A DNA stretch of 64,000 bases, taken from positions 24,754 through 88,753 of the forward strand of contig CAVVNF010000012.1 of NCBI GenBank assembly GCA_963749535.1. Reading direction: 5' to 3'. The notes under the pieces are model-generated. The model was given only the letters and a program-made list of their open reading frames with translations. It did no database searches and was not told the origin of the DNA. Both the position numbers and the translations under genes were made by a program. Shown piece after piece: positions 9,090-21,419 of this stretch; position 1 is the stretch's first letter; each line of letters opens with the position of its first letter. This DNA comes from an uncultured Thermoleophilia bacterium (GTDB lineage Bacteria > Actinomycetota > Thermoleophilia > RBG-16-64-13).

Positions 9090-10484
9090 GTGGCGCTATT
9101 CGGCAGAGAGAGGTGCCTCGATGTGGCCACTACCGCGGTCGCGGCTGCGATGGGCGCCGGGGCCACCTCGGCGGAAGCACTTCTCATGACCGAAGACTCA
9201 GGTCTGACCCGCTACGCCCACAATGTGATCCATCAAAACGTGGCCGAGCGCAACGCCGAGCTGCGGGTCCGGGCGGTGATAGGCAAGCGGGTCGCCGTGA
9301 GCAGCGGCAATCAGCTGGATCCCCGCGCCGTGCGAGAGGTGGCCGAAAGGGCGGTGTCAATCGCGAGACACAGCGAGGAAGATCCTTCTTTCGCCGGTCT
9401 TCCCCAGCCCTCGTCCCTTCCCTACCACGACCAGACGACGTTGTATGAATCCACGGTCGAAGTGGATGCCGCCGAGCGGGCTAGAGTGGTCGGCGAGATC
9501 GTGGCTCTCTTGGATAGCGTCGATGCGCAGGGCTTCGGCGTTGTCACCAACGCCACGTCCGAGTCGACCGTACTCAATTCCCAGGGAGTACACGCCTACC
9601 AGCCTTACACAGACGGGTGGCTCTCGCTCGTAGCTCGGCGGAACGAGGGTAGCGGCTACGCATCGCTGGCACACCGCGATTGGAGTGAGTTGGACCACGA
9701 ATCGCTTGCTCTGCGAGCGCTGAGCAAGACCACTCCCGGCGAGCGTCACACGCTTCCTCCGGGGAGGTACACCGTCGTTCTCGAGGAAGACGCGGTCTGG
9801 GAGATGCTCGAATTCCTCTCCATGGGGTCTCTCAATGGCCTTACCTATCTCGAGGGACGCAGTCTCTACAACGGCCGGCTCGGCGAAAAGCGGTATCCAG
9901 CGCATATCTCGCTGCGAGACGATCCTTTCGACACGCGGGGAGCCAACGTCTCGTTCGATTTCGAGGGGGTTCCAAAAGCTCCCCTGTCTTTGATCGAGCG
10001 GGGCGTCGTCCAACATGTCGTGTACGACACGCAGACCGGAGCCCGCCAGGGCCTCGCCAGCACGGGACACGCCCTACCCGCACCCAACGTCTACGGCCCG
10101 ATGCCTCTCAACCTCATGTTGGAGCCCGGCACCAGAAGCCGGCGAGATTTGATACGGAGCGTCGAGCGCGGGCTACTCATCTCCCGCTTCCACTACGTCA
10201 ATGAGATCGACCCCTCGACCACCATGCTTACCGGCATGACGCGAGACGGGACGTTCTTGATCGAAGACGGCGAACTGGCGCAGCCGGTTCGCGAGGTGAG
10301 GTGGGTGGATTCCATAGACGGGATCCTTCAGCGCACGCTCGATGTCGGCGACACGGTGCGCTTGGTCTCAGATGGCGCCGGCTATGGCACCCGGTTCCTC
10401 ACCGGGAGCCTGGTGCCACCCCTGCTCGTGGAAGGGTTCCAGGTCTCGGGGACCGCGGAGGGCCCGGGGACAGAAGCAGGATAG
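9090..10484 (+). CDS. pmbA: PmbA/TldE family protein, partner of TldD
   Basis: TldD/PmbA-family sequence without the HExxxH motif. The likely start is GTG 9090, 3 nt after the tldD stop and preceded by GGAGG (9076-9080). The track ORF start at 8922 overlaps tldD. Confidence 0.8.
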   Translation: MALFGRERCLDVATTAVAAAMGAGATSAEALLMTEDSGLTRYAHNVIHQNVAERNAELRVRAVIGKRVAVSSGNQLDPRAVREVAERAVSIARHSEEDPSFAGLPQPSSLPYHDQTTLYESTVEVDAAERARVVGEIVALLDSVDAQGFGVVTNATSESTVLNSQGVHAYQPYTDGWLSLVARRNEGSGYASLAHRDWSELDHESLALRALSKTTPGERHTLPPGRYTVVLEEDAVWEMLEFLSMGSLNGLTYLEGRSLYNGRLGEKRYPAHISLRDDPFDTRGANVSFDFEGVPKAPLSLIERGVVQHVVYDTQTGARQGLASTGHALPAPNVYGPMPLNLMLEPGTRSRRDLIRSVERGLLISRFHYVNEIDPSTTMLTGMTRDGTFLIEDGELAQPVREVRWVDSIDGILQRTLDVGDTVRLVSDGAGYGTRFLTGSLVPPLLVEGFQVSGTAEGPGTEAG

Positions 10485-10640
10485 ATCCTTGTCGCCTGTC
10501 AGCACGATAAACTCCGCCTGTGGTAGCAACCTACGATCTCGAGCGCGGCCCTGATGCCCCGGATCGACGCGTCCGAGCCGTCAATCGTGGCCAGGATTCG
10601 ACGGAACACCACAAGTGGTCCTCCGGTCAGATGAAGATGG

Positions 10641-10716
10641 TGGTGGAGGATACCGGATTCGAACCGGCGACCTCCGCCGTGCAAAGGCGGCGCTCTCCCA
10701 ACTGAGCTAATCCCCC
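10641..10716 (-). tRNA. tRNA-Ala (anticodon UGC), CCA encoded
   Basis: Hand-folded 76-nt cloverleaf: GGGGGAU/UA/GCUC-AGUUGGGA-GAGC/G/CCGCC-UUUGCAC-GGCGG/AGGUC/GCCGG-UUCGAAU-CCGGU/AUCCUCC/ACCA. It has the G3:U70 alanine identity pair. Confidence 0.93.
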
Positions 10717-10915
10717 ACGACATCGTACCGTGCGGCCGAGAATTTATATCCCAGATAGACCTAGACTGCAAACTGTGACCCCGGCCACCTCGCCTCGGCC
10801 GAGTCAATCGGTGGAGTCATCTCCTGTCATCCGGGGGCGCGGCAGACTTCCGCGGTCGGGCCTAGGCGCCGAGGATGGTGCCGAGGAGTAACATCGCGGG
10901 ATGGCGCGCGATAGG

Positions 10916-10989
<74 letters not shown>

Positions 10990-11120
10990 ATGCGCCGGTA
11001 GTTTACCGGCATTCGCATTGATGTCAAGGAAAACCACCCCCCGCCAACCAGCGCCCGAAAAAGGTGACGAGTGTGGCTCCGGGGGGTAACCTAGTGGTGT
11101 TGCACCAGACCGGGAGAACC

Positions 11121-11606
11121 ATGGAAGGTTTCGAAAAAGTCGTGGTATACGGCGTCAGCTTCGACGTCACGAACAAGCAGCCGATCGTCCTGCTCAAGGT
11201 GGAGGACAAGAATCGGTTCCTTCCCATCTGGATCGGGCACCCGGAGGCGGCGGCCATCTTGATGAAGCTTCAGGACGCCGAGCTCCCGCGCCCCATGACC
11301 CACGATCTACTGGCCTCAGTGATCGGCGACCTTTCGGCGAGCGTGGAACAGATCATGGTGACGGAGCTCAAGGAGAACACTTTCTACGCCATCCTCCGGT
11401 TGAGGTCTGGCGAGGACCAGATCGACGTGGACTCCCGGCCCTCGGACGCAATCGCCATCGCGGTGCGCACCGGTGCCCCGATCTTCGCTTCCTCCGAGTT
11501 GCTCGAGACGAACGGCATCGAGTTCGAACAGGAGATCGAGAACACCGAAGAGATCTTGAAGGAATTCAGAGATTTCCTGGACGATGTTTCGCCCGAGGAT
11601 TTCTAA
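11121..11606 (+). CDS. Bifunctional nuclease (BFN/DUF151) domain protein
   Basis: Family pattern PIVLLKVEDKNRFLPIWIGHPEAAAI...PRPMTHDLL...ENTFYAILRL...VDSRPSDAIAIAVRTGAPIF. ATG 11121 is preceded by GGGAGA. Confidence 0.8.
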   Translation: MEGFEKVVVYGVSFDVTNKQPIVLLKVEDKNRFLPIWIGHPEAAAILMKLQDAELPRPMTHDLLASVIGDLSASVEQIMVTELKENTFYAILRLRSGEDQIDVDSRPSDAIAIAVRTGAPIFASSELLETNGIEFEQEIENTEEILKEFRDFLDDVSPEDF

Positions 11607-11734
11607 GGGGCTCTAGGACCCGATCTCGGTCCAGCCTCAGACCCGATCTCGGTCGGACCCAACACCCAAGTTCGGGCGAGCCAGAGACCCCAGTTCTGAC
11701 GAGCGCGAGGCCCCAGTTCGGACGCCGAAGCCTG

Positions 11735-12034
11735 CTACTCGCCCTCGGTGCCTGTCATGAGCACGGCTTCGCGCTTCGCCACCTCGAGGATGCAGCCATA
11801 GATGGTGCGCAAGCCTTCGTCCGTAAGCGGGCCTCGGTTGGCGCGCGCCAGGAACGTGATGACCCAGTCCTCCTGCGCAGCATCGTAGAAGCTGAGTCCG
11901 GCGGATTCCTTGTAATCCTTCAACCTCTTCACGAGTTTGATGCGTTTGTTCAGCGCCTCGAGAATCTTGAGGTCGTTGTCGGAGATCTGCTCACGGTAGC
12001 TCTTGACCACCGGATCGGTCGTGGGAGACGTCAC
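11735..12034 (-). CDS. Chorismate mutase (AroQ class)
   Basis: 99 aa. REQISDNDLKILEALNKRIKLVKRLKDYK... is typical of the CM_2 helical domain. GTG start preceded by GAGGAGGA. Confidence 0.75.
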   Translation of the reverse strand: MTSPTTDPVVKSYREQISDNDLKILEALNKRIKLVKRLKDYKESAGLSFYDAAQEDWVITFLARANRGPLTDEGLRTIYGCILEVAKREAVLMTGTEGE

Positions 12035-12132
12035 GGTTCCTCCTCGTGCGGGCCGTTCTTCTGTACCAGCGGAGTTTACCAGCGGACGGCGCGGCTCACG
12101 CGCTTTCGAGGTTCTCTCGGGCCGTCTACGGG

Positions 12133-13479
12133 CTACTTAGAGCGTCGAACCGCGTGATCGGCGCACTTGGACACAAAACGCTGACCCATTCCCGGACGGC
12201 TCGCCAGATGAACGAAAACCCGGGAACACAGGAGTGACGAGCTTGCGGCGCCCTCGAGCTGCCCGTCTCCGAAGCCCGGGCCGCGAAGGGTAAGAGGGGG
12301 CTCCCAGCCTGCCGAGGAGTTGACGATCTCCGCGTCGGAGGCCGCCCAGGCCTTTACGGTCTCACCGCGGGCGAGTAGCAGGGTGTCTCTTTCCGCGGTG
12401 ACGTCTATGTACGCGGGCTGGTCCAGATCCCAGAGGATCTCACCGTCGGCGGGGACCACGTCGGCGAGTTCGAGGGTCCTGCCGAGCGAATCCTGGATCT
12501 TGCTGAGCAGGCAGAGCATGCCACCACCAAGCGCCAGGGTCGGCAGCCCCTCACGAATGCGCTGGCGGATGTCGCGCAGGAGAGATTGGTTCATCGCGAT
12601 GTCGGGGAGAACATCCACCCACAGATTCCCGGCCATGACCAGTCCGGCGGCCTCCTGAGGAAGACGCGGGTCGCTCACGAGATCGAGCCTGCTCACGTGC
12701 GCTCCAGCCGATCGGAGGATCTCGATGGAATCCCTGCTCCAAGGCGTGAAGCCTGGGCCGCCGGCCACCATCACCAAAGGCCCTTCGGCGCCGCGATCGA
12801 GGAGCCAGGTCTGAGTTGAAAGAAATCCTCGCTGGCCTGCCAATGCTTCCAAGCCTTGAACGTCCACCTGCCGCGAGACCGATTCCAGCAGAGTCGGGTC
12901 TAGAGGTAGCCCCCATGCACCCGGCGCAGTCGCGTCCCAGCTCGGCCCGTCCCCATTGAAGAGGCAGCCGACCACCGGCACATTCTCCTGCGCCAGCACC
13001 CGTCGGAGCAGTTCGCAATGGTCTTGATCGTCCACACCCGAGAGCAGCGCTCCCGCAAGATTGATGTCTTTGAGTCGCGCCCTGAGGCCGGCCACAAGCG
13101 CCCCCAGCCCAGTGCTCCAACCGCGGCAGTCGAGCACGACGACCACCGGACAGTCGAGGACCTTCGCGACGTCCACGGGCAGCCAAGCGGCTCCTTCCCG
13201 GGAATCCAGCAGGCCCAGGGTCGACGAGAGCAAGGACAGTTGTGCCCCCCTCGTGGCCACGTCGTATAGACCTAGGAGCGTTTCCTCGTCGTAGAGCGCA
13301 GGATCGAGGAACGCGGCGCCCTCCCACCTATCCCACGCGGCGGCCGGATTAAGCGGACCAAGGTGGTGATACCGGACCCGCCGCCCCTGAGCTGTGGCGA
13401 TCTCGGCCACAGCGGCTGTCACCGCGTTGGCCAGGCCGGTGCGGTGAGTGGGCGCCAACAGGATCCGCGGGACGGACAT
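12133..13479 (-). CDS. Cobyrinate a,c-diamide synthase (CbiA/CobB)-like protein with degenerate catalytic motifs
   Basis: 448 aa, collinear by eye with CbiA (N-terminal ATPase-like domain plus C-terminal GATase-like domain). The P-loop position reads APTHRTGLANAV instead of SGxGKT. GPLNPA replaces GPDYID. LGGGMLCL replaces ECGG(L/M)MYL. Confidence 0.6.
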   Translation of the reverse strand: MSVPRILLAPTHRTGLANAVTAAVAEIATAQGRRVRYHHLGPLNPAAAWDRWEGAAFLDPALYDEETLLGLYDVATRGAQLSLLSSTLGLLDSREGAAWLPVDVAKVLDCPVVVVLDCRGWSTGLGALVAGLRARLKDINLAGALLSGVDDQDHCELLRRVLAQENVPVVGCLFNGDGPSWDATAPGAWGLPLDPTLLESVSRQVDVQGLEALAGQRGFLSTQTWLLDRGAEGPLVMVAGGPGFTPWSRDSIEILRSAGAHVSRLDLVSDPRLPQEAAGLVMAGNLWVDVLPDIAMNQSLLRDIRQRIREGLPTLALGGGMLCLLSKIQDSLGRTLELADVVPADGEILWDLDQPAYIDVTAERDTLLLARGETVKAWAASDAEIVNSSAGWEPPLTLRGPGFGDGQLEGAASSSLLCSRVFVHLASRPGMGQRFVSKCADHAVRRSK

Positions 13480-13687
13480 GGGCTATCCCCTGCAATGGAG
13501 CGACTGCCATTGAAGACTACCCCCAACGGCCGATCGGTATCAACCATATCAGGTTCAGAATGGCCGCGGGCGGGGACGCGGCCCGGTGAGTGCCAAAGAT
13601 ATGGCTGGAAACCCTGCACGTTTGCGGCCCGCCGCAACGCGGTACGCCATTAAGGTTAGGGACCGGTCAACGAACAGGAGCGTCCAC

Positions 13688-14047
13688 ATGCTGAAGAAGA
13701 CTAGGTTTCCGGTGATCATGTTGCTGGTCGCAGTCCTGGCCCTCGTGGCTTTGGCGGCGGTGTCTTGCGGTGGCAGTGCTACCACGACCACCAGCGCTTC
13801 GGGCACCACCAGCCCCGGAGTCACTTCCGGCACCACGGTCACCTCATCCGCCTCCGGCGCCGTTAACGCGGCCGCTCTGTTCGCGCAGGAATGCCAGGGG
13901 TGCCACGGCTACATCCCGACCGGGAGCGCCGACGTTGTGAAGGCCGTCCTCGAGAACGGCAAGGGGGGCATGCCGTCCTTCGCGGGCAAACTGACTGCCG
14001 ATCAGATCACGGCCCTGGCCAACTACGTCGCGTCAGGCGGCAAGTAA
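13688..14047 (+). CDS. Monohaem c-type cytochrome, probable lipoprotein
   Basis: CQGCH haem-binding motif. Signal sequence plus lipobox MLKKTRFPVIMLLVAVLALVALAAVSCGG, followed by a Thr/Ser linker. ATG 13688 is preceded by AGGAG (13676-13680). Confidence 0.8.
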   Translation: MLKKTRFPVIMLLVAVLALVALAAVSCGGSATTTTSASGTTSPGVTSGTTVTSSASGAVNAAALFAQECQGCHGYIPTGSADVVKAVLENGKGGMPSFAGKLTADQITALANYVASGGK

Positions 14048-14098
14048 GGCCGGCCTGAGCAACTCGTGCATACTGGTGACGACGCGTGTTACGAGAAG

Positions 14099-14131
14099 AA
14101 CCCGCCCTCTTCCGGGGGCGGGTTCGTTTTT
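14099..14131 (+). terminator. Rho-independent terminator downstream of the cytochrome c gene
   Basis: 9-bp stem AACCCGCCC/GGGCGGGTT, 8-nt loop, then CGTTTTT. Confidence 0.7.
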
Positions 14132-14198
14132 CGGCTGGCTTTCGACCCTTTCCCTACCGGGCGTTCAGACGAGGCGGGCTCAACGTGACCCGGTTGCG

Positions 14199-16794
14199 CT
14201 AGAGGTCGTCGTCGGGCTCCAGATCACCCGGCTCTTCCGGCTCCTCTTCGTCGAACCCTTCCTCTTCGAGCCCATCGGAGCCCTGGAGATCCAGGTAGTC
14301 GTCCGGCGGATACTCTTCCGATCCTATGTGGCCGTTGGCAACCCCGCGACCGTCGCCGTTCGCATCTGAGCTCGTGACGACGCGGGCCATGCTGGAGACC
14401 TTGTCGGCGCCGCGCAGGTTCATGACCCGCACGCCCATGGTGTTCCGTCCGGTGGTCCGAACGCTCACGACCGGGACCCGAATGACCGTGCCTTCCTGGC
14501 TGATGATCATGAGTTCATGGTTGTTGCGCACAGAGGTCACGCCCACGAGATCTCCCCTGTCCGGGCTGTCCTTGATAGTTATGACGCCCTGGCCCCCGCG
14601 CCTATGGGTGGGGTAGCTCGACGCCGGGGTCCGCTTGCCATAGCCGCCGCTCGTCACGCACGAACAGGTCCGCGTCGTCCTCGGCGACCGCCATGCCGAT
14701 GAGAGAATGGCCAGGCGGGATGCGCATGCCCATCACTCCGGTCGTGTTGCGGCCCATCGGACGCACGTCGTACTCGTTGAAGCGGATAGCCTTGCCTTCA
14801 GAGGACACCAGGATGAGACCGTCGTGACCGGTGGTGTGCCGCACCGCCACCAGCTCGTCGTCGTCGGCTAGGTTGATGGCGATGATGCCGTCCGCTTTCA
14901 GCGTGGTCGCATAGTCGAGGAAGCGGGTCTTCTTGATGATGCCTTGTTTAGTGGAGAACACCAGATACTTGGCATCGGTGTAGTCCTTGGTGGCGATGAC
15001 GGCCTTGATCTTCTCGCCCTGGGCAAGTGGCAGGAGATTGGCCACGTGCCGCCCCTTGCTCTGCCGGCTCCCCAAAGGTAATTCATGCACTTTCACCCGG
15101 TAGATCTTCCCGCGCGAGGTGATGAACAGCAGGAAGTGGTGTGTCGTGGTTATGAAGAGGTGCTCGATGTAGTCGCCCTCTTTGAGATCCATCCCCATGA
15201 CCCCGATGCCGCCCCGGTGCTGCGTGCGGTAGGTCGAGACCGGCAGGCGTTTGACGTAACCCGAGTTGGTGATGGAGATGACCATCTCCTCTACCGCGAT
15301 CATGTCTTCTATGTCGATCTCGTCCTCGGAGGGCAGGATCTCCGTGCGGCGATCGTCGCCGTACATCTGCTGGATCTCCAGGAGCTCTTCCTTGATCACG
15401 TCGTAGACACGGGCTTCACTCGCCAGGATGTCCTCCAAATAGGCGATGCGCTCGAGCAAGTCGCGATGCTCTTCCTCGATCTTGTGGCGCTCGAGAGCGG
15501 TGAGGTTGCGCAGGCGCAGATCGACGATAGCCTGAGCCTGCTCGTCGGAGAGCCCAAAGCGTGCCGTGAGGCCCATCTTGGCAGCGTCCGTGTCTTCACT
15601 GGAGCGGATGATGCGTATGACCTCGTCGAGGTTGCTGATGGCGACCAGCAGGCCTTCCAAGATGTGGGCCCGCTTCTTGGCTTTGTCGAGCTCGAAGCGG
15701 GTCCGCCGGATGATGACATCCTTTTGGTGCGCGATGTAGTAGCGCAGCACGTCGCGCAGGGTGAGGGTCTTCGGCACCCCGTCGGCCAGGGCCAGCATGT
15801 TGACCCCGAACGTGGACTGCATCGCCGTATGCTTGAACAGCTTGTTGAGCACCACCTTGGGGATGGCCTCGCGCTTCAGCTCGATGACGACCCGCATGCC
15901 CGAACGGTCGGATTCGTCGCGCAGGTCGGAGATCTCCGAGATCTTCTTCTCCCGCACCAATTCCGCGATCTTCTCTATGAGTTGGGCCTTGTTGACCTGG
16001 TAGGGCAGCTCGGTGACGATGATGGCCGTCTTGCCCTGTTTGATCGGCTCGGTGTGAGCCCGGGCCCGCACCACCACCCGGCCGCGGCCGGTCTCGTAGG
16101 CTTCGCGGATGCCTGCGTGCCCCATGATCAGACCGCCCGTGGGGAAATCCGGCCCTTTCATGTAGCGCATGAGGTCGCCGCTGGTAAGAGTCGGGTCCTC
16201 GATGAGGGCCACGGTGGCACCGATGGTCTCGCGAAGGTTGTGCGGCGGGATGTTCGTGGCCATGCCCACGGCAATGCCCGAGCTGCCGTTTACAAGAAGA
16301 TTCGGAAAACGCGACGGCAAGACTTTAGGCTCTTCCCGGCTCTCGTCGTAGTTGGGCATCCAATCGACCGTCTCGGCGTCGATGTCGCGGAGCATCTCCA
16401 CCGCGATGCGGGCTAGGCGGCATTCTGTATAACGCATGGCGGCGGCGGCGTCTCCGTCGACGGAACCGAAGTTACCGTGGCCGTCTACCAGTGGATAGCG
16501 GATGGAGAAGTCCTGGGCCATCCGCACCAGGGCATCGTAGATTGCTTGGTCGCCGTGGGGATGGAAGTTTCCCATGACGTCCCCCACGATGCGGGCGCAT
16601 TTCCGATACGGCCGGTTGGGCTGCACTCCGGCATCGTGCATGCCGAAAAGGACCCGCCGGTGCACCGGCTTGAGACCGTCGCGCACATCGGGCAGCGCCC
16701 GGCCGACGATCACGCTCATAGCGTAGTCGAGGTAGGACGCGCGCATCTCGTCGGCTATCTCGATCTGCTCTATTCTGCCCTGCAGTGTCTCCAT
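14199..16794 (-). CDS. gyrA: DNA gyrase subunit A, apparent frameshift at ~14658
   Basis: ORF 14602..16794 carries GyrA motifs ([11 protein letters not shown], catalytic region AAAMRYTE). The C-terminal beta-pinwheel continues in ORF 14199..14657 ([29 protein letters not shown]). The junction reads ...DLFV|c|[10 protein letters not shown], i.e. one extra base. Confidence 0.93.
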
Positions 16795-16867
16795 GCCTCA
16801 GTCCTATCGCTCGAGGCGCCCGACGGCGACCCCGCCAGACCGGTGCTTCACGGGCAGCCGCGCGCCG

Positions 16868-19005
<2,138 letters not shown>

Positions 19006-19307
19006 TCGGTCGAGACCTCTCTGTTTTGGTGCCCCTACTTCTTTGAATCGCCGCGCAAATCATCTCCGGTCGAACACCCGGCGTGCCTTGCCGTCCCGCG
19101 GCTGTTCGCGCGCAGGGAGAACGGAGGTGCTCCCGAGATACTGGAAACAGAACCGATCTCCGCCGCGGGAAGGTGCGATTCGTGGTCCACACATGATACC
19201 ACACAGGGGCGCTTTCCGTTCGGGAATTTACGCTCTGAGCGTACTTTTCTCCGCGGACGGAGTGCGCTGCGGCCGATAGTCTGCGCGGCCCATGCCGAGG
19301 CGCCCGA

Positions 19308-19913
19308 TCACTCGTCTCGGTGCGCGGCGAAGGCCGCTTTCATCGCCCTGAGGATCTGCTCACGCAGCCTCGCGTCTCCGCATGAACGCTCGACTTCTTC
19401 GAGGGCGGCCGCTTGTTCCTCGTTCGGTTCGAACGCTGCGGCAGCGACCGGCTCCAGTCGCTCTTCCCGACATGCGGAAGGAGCCTGGGCCCCTGTCTCC
19501 CAGCCGGCGTGACGGAAGACCATCTCCCGCACGGCGTCCTCTCCTAGCGACCGGTTCAGTCGTTCTTGGATCTGCTCGCTCATGAGCTGGAGCGTCTGCC
19601 CCCACACCGGCGACGAGGTCGCCACGACGAGCCTGCCTTGCCGGAGCTGAAGGGGTTGTGTGTTGGCCGCGATCTCCGCGCCCACCGCTTTCGCCCATAC
19701 TTCGGCCACGCCGTGTTCCAAGCCGTTCTTCACCCCGCCCGCTCGCTGCTGCCCGGGCACGGTCGCCACCCTTCCGGACTTTCGCGGAGCCACATCAGGT
19801 CGACCGTTGCGTGTCGCGTCCGGCGGTTTGTCGTCCGCGTCCGACGAGAACACCTGGCCCAGCAGGTCGCCCAGGCGCACGAAGTCGGCCCCGTCCTCCG
19901 GTGTGCGGGTCAC
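19308..19913 (-). CDS. dciA: DUF721 (DciA-like) protein
   Basis: VWAKAVGAEIAANTQPLQLRQGRLVVATSSPVWGQTLQLMSEQIQERLNRSLGEDAVREMVFRH matches the DUF721 pattern. It sits in the canonical recF-gyrB position. Confidence 0.7.
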   Translation of the reverse strand: MTRTPEDGADFVRLGDLLGQVFSSDADDKPPDATRNGRPDVAPRKSGRVATVPGQQRAGGVKNGLEHGVAEVWAKAVGAEIAANTQPLQLRQGRLVVATSSPVWGQTLQLMSEQIQERLNRSLGEDAVREMVFRHAGWETGAQAPSACREERLEPVAAAAFEPNEEQAAALEEVERSCGDARLREQILRAMKAAFAAHRDE

Positions 19914-19958
19914 GGCGCGGTCCCAGCGCCGATCATCGGGTAGTCCCGGTGAGAGCCA

Positions 19959-21071
19959 TTACCCGGTCCCCAAGGGCGCGCCGCTGTTGCCGCAAGCCGC
20001 CGGGAATAGCTCGACAACGTGCGCGTGACTCAATTCGCCGGAAGAGAAGTAGCGCAAATCGGTGGTTGTGATCACGGTCTGCCCACCTTGGGCCAAGAAG
20101 TCGATGAGGGCCCGACGCCGGCTTTCGTCCAGCTCGCTCATGACGTCATCCAGCAGCAGCAGCGGTTTCTGCGGGGATCCGCACAGGTAGGCCCACTCGG
20201 CCAGCACGAGAGCAAGCAACGCCGCCCTTTGCTCGCCCTGGGAGGCACAATCCCGCATGTCGAGCTCCTGGCGAACGAGACGGAAGTCGTCACGGTGGGG
20301 GCCAAGGTGAGTGAAGGTCCGCTGCTGGTCTGCCGCGCGCGAAGAGGAAAGGCGAGCTTCGTACTCCGCCTCGTCCATGTCCGCCACGTTGGTGCGGTAG
20401 ATCAACCGGATCGAGTCCGCGCGCTCACCGGTGAGGAGGTTGTACGTCTGCTGAAACGCGGTCACGAACGAAGCCAAAGCCGCGCTCCGTCTGCTTACCA
20501 CGGCCAGGCCGGCCTGGGCGAGGATGCCTTCCCACGGGGCGAAGTGATCGCCGGCCTCGCCGAGCCGCGTGGACCGTAGCAGCGCATTCCGCTGACCCAG
20601 GGCTTCATCGTACTGGCGAAGGACGCCGCGGTAGTCCGGCTGGCATCGCGAGCACAGAAGATCCAGGTACTCCCGCCGCCGCCGCGGGCTTCCTTTGATG
20701 AGTCGGAGATCGTCCGGCACGAAACTGCGCACGGGGACCATGGCCTCCCAGCGAGAGAAGTCTTCGAGCGCGGCGCCGTCGGCGGTGACCCTGCGCTCGC
20801 CGTCCCGGGTCATGGCGACGGCCGCGGTCCTCGTCGCGCCGGCTTCTTCCAGGTCTGCCTCCACGCGGAGGAAGTCCTGGCCTCGCGTCATCAGATCGCG
20901 GAATGTGCCGGGGCGGAGCATCGAACCACAGAAGACGAGATTCGCGGCCTCCAGGACCGTTGTCTTCCCGGCGCCGTTGGGTCCGACCAGTACGTTCAGC
21001 CCAGGCTCCAACTCCACGTCAAGGTGCCTGCGCGCGCGAAGGTTAGTAAGACGAAGTGCCCGGACCAGCAA
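19959..21071 (-). CDS. recF: DNA replication and repair protein RecF
   Basis: 370 aa. Walker A VGPNGAGKTTVLEA, ABC-type signature and Walker B region LLLLDDVMSELD. Confidence 0.92.
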   Translation of the reverse strand: MLVRALRLTNLRARRHLDVELEPGLNVLVGPNGAGKTTVLEAANLVFCGSMLRPGTFRDLMTRGQDFLRVEADLEEAGATRTAAVAMTRDGERRVTADGAALEDFSRWEAMVPVRSFVPDDLRLIKGSPRRRREYLDLLCSRCQPDYRGVLRQYDEALGQRNALLRSTRLGEAGDHFAPWEGILAQAGLAVVSRRSAALASFVTAFQQTYNLLTGERADSIRLIYRTNVADMDEAEYEARLSSSRAADQQRTFTHLGPHRDDFRLVRQELDMRDCASQGEQRAALLALVLAEWAYLCGSPQKPLLLLDDVMSELDESRRRALIDFLAQGGQTVITTTDLRYFSSGELSHAHVVELFPAACGNSGAPLGTG

Positions 21072-21077
21072 AGACGC

Positions 21078-21419
21078 TCACGCCCCCCGGCGGCGGGGCG
21101 AGTCCGGCGGGGATCTCCGGGAGCCGGCACTCTCGACCCTGGCGGCTGTACCCGCGGTCCCGACGGAGCCGGCTCGGCGGGCTTCCGTGCCGTCAGGGTC
21201 GCCCGCGGCCCCCCTATCCTCCACTCGGAGTTCAGTTCCCGAGATCTCGACGACGTCGCCGGCCAGGAGCTTGCGCCCGCGCCGCTGTTCCGTCTCGCCG
21301 TTCACCTGCACACCGCCTGAAAGGATGAGGTTCTTCGCGTCGCCACCACTGCCTACGGCACCAGCGACTTTCAGGAATTGCCCCAGATTGATGGGGAGCG
21401 AGACCGAGACCGCGGTCAT
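21078..21419 (-). CDS. yaaA: S4-domain RNA-binding protein (YaaA-like) with a basic/Gly-rich tail
   Basis: INLGQFLKVAGAVGSGGDAKNLILSGGVQVNGETEQRRGRKLLAGDVVEI is an S4-like motif. Located between dnaN and recF, as in many monoderm bacteria. Confidence 0.7.
   Translation of the reverse strand: MTAVSVSLPINLGQFLKVAGAVGSGGDAKNLILSGGVQVNGETEQRRGRKLLAGDVVEISGTELRVEDRGAAGDPDGTEARRAGSVGTAGTAARVESAGSRRSPPDSPRRRGA

Noticed and set aside
14602-14658. Programmed ribosomal frameshifting or other recoding as an explanation for the split genes
   Set aside because: There are no slippery heptamers or conserved stimulatory structures at the junctions. The sites occur in unrelated genes and in both directions (+1 and -1). 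Several sit in homopolymers. Sequencing indels are far more parsimonious.
15085-16416. 443-aa plus-strand ORF, one of the longest in the track
   Set aside because: It lies entirely antisense to gyrA. Its translation is Asp/Arg/His/Gly/Val-rich with no recognisable motifs. Long shadow ORFs like this are expected opposite real genes in GC-rich DNA.
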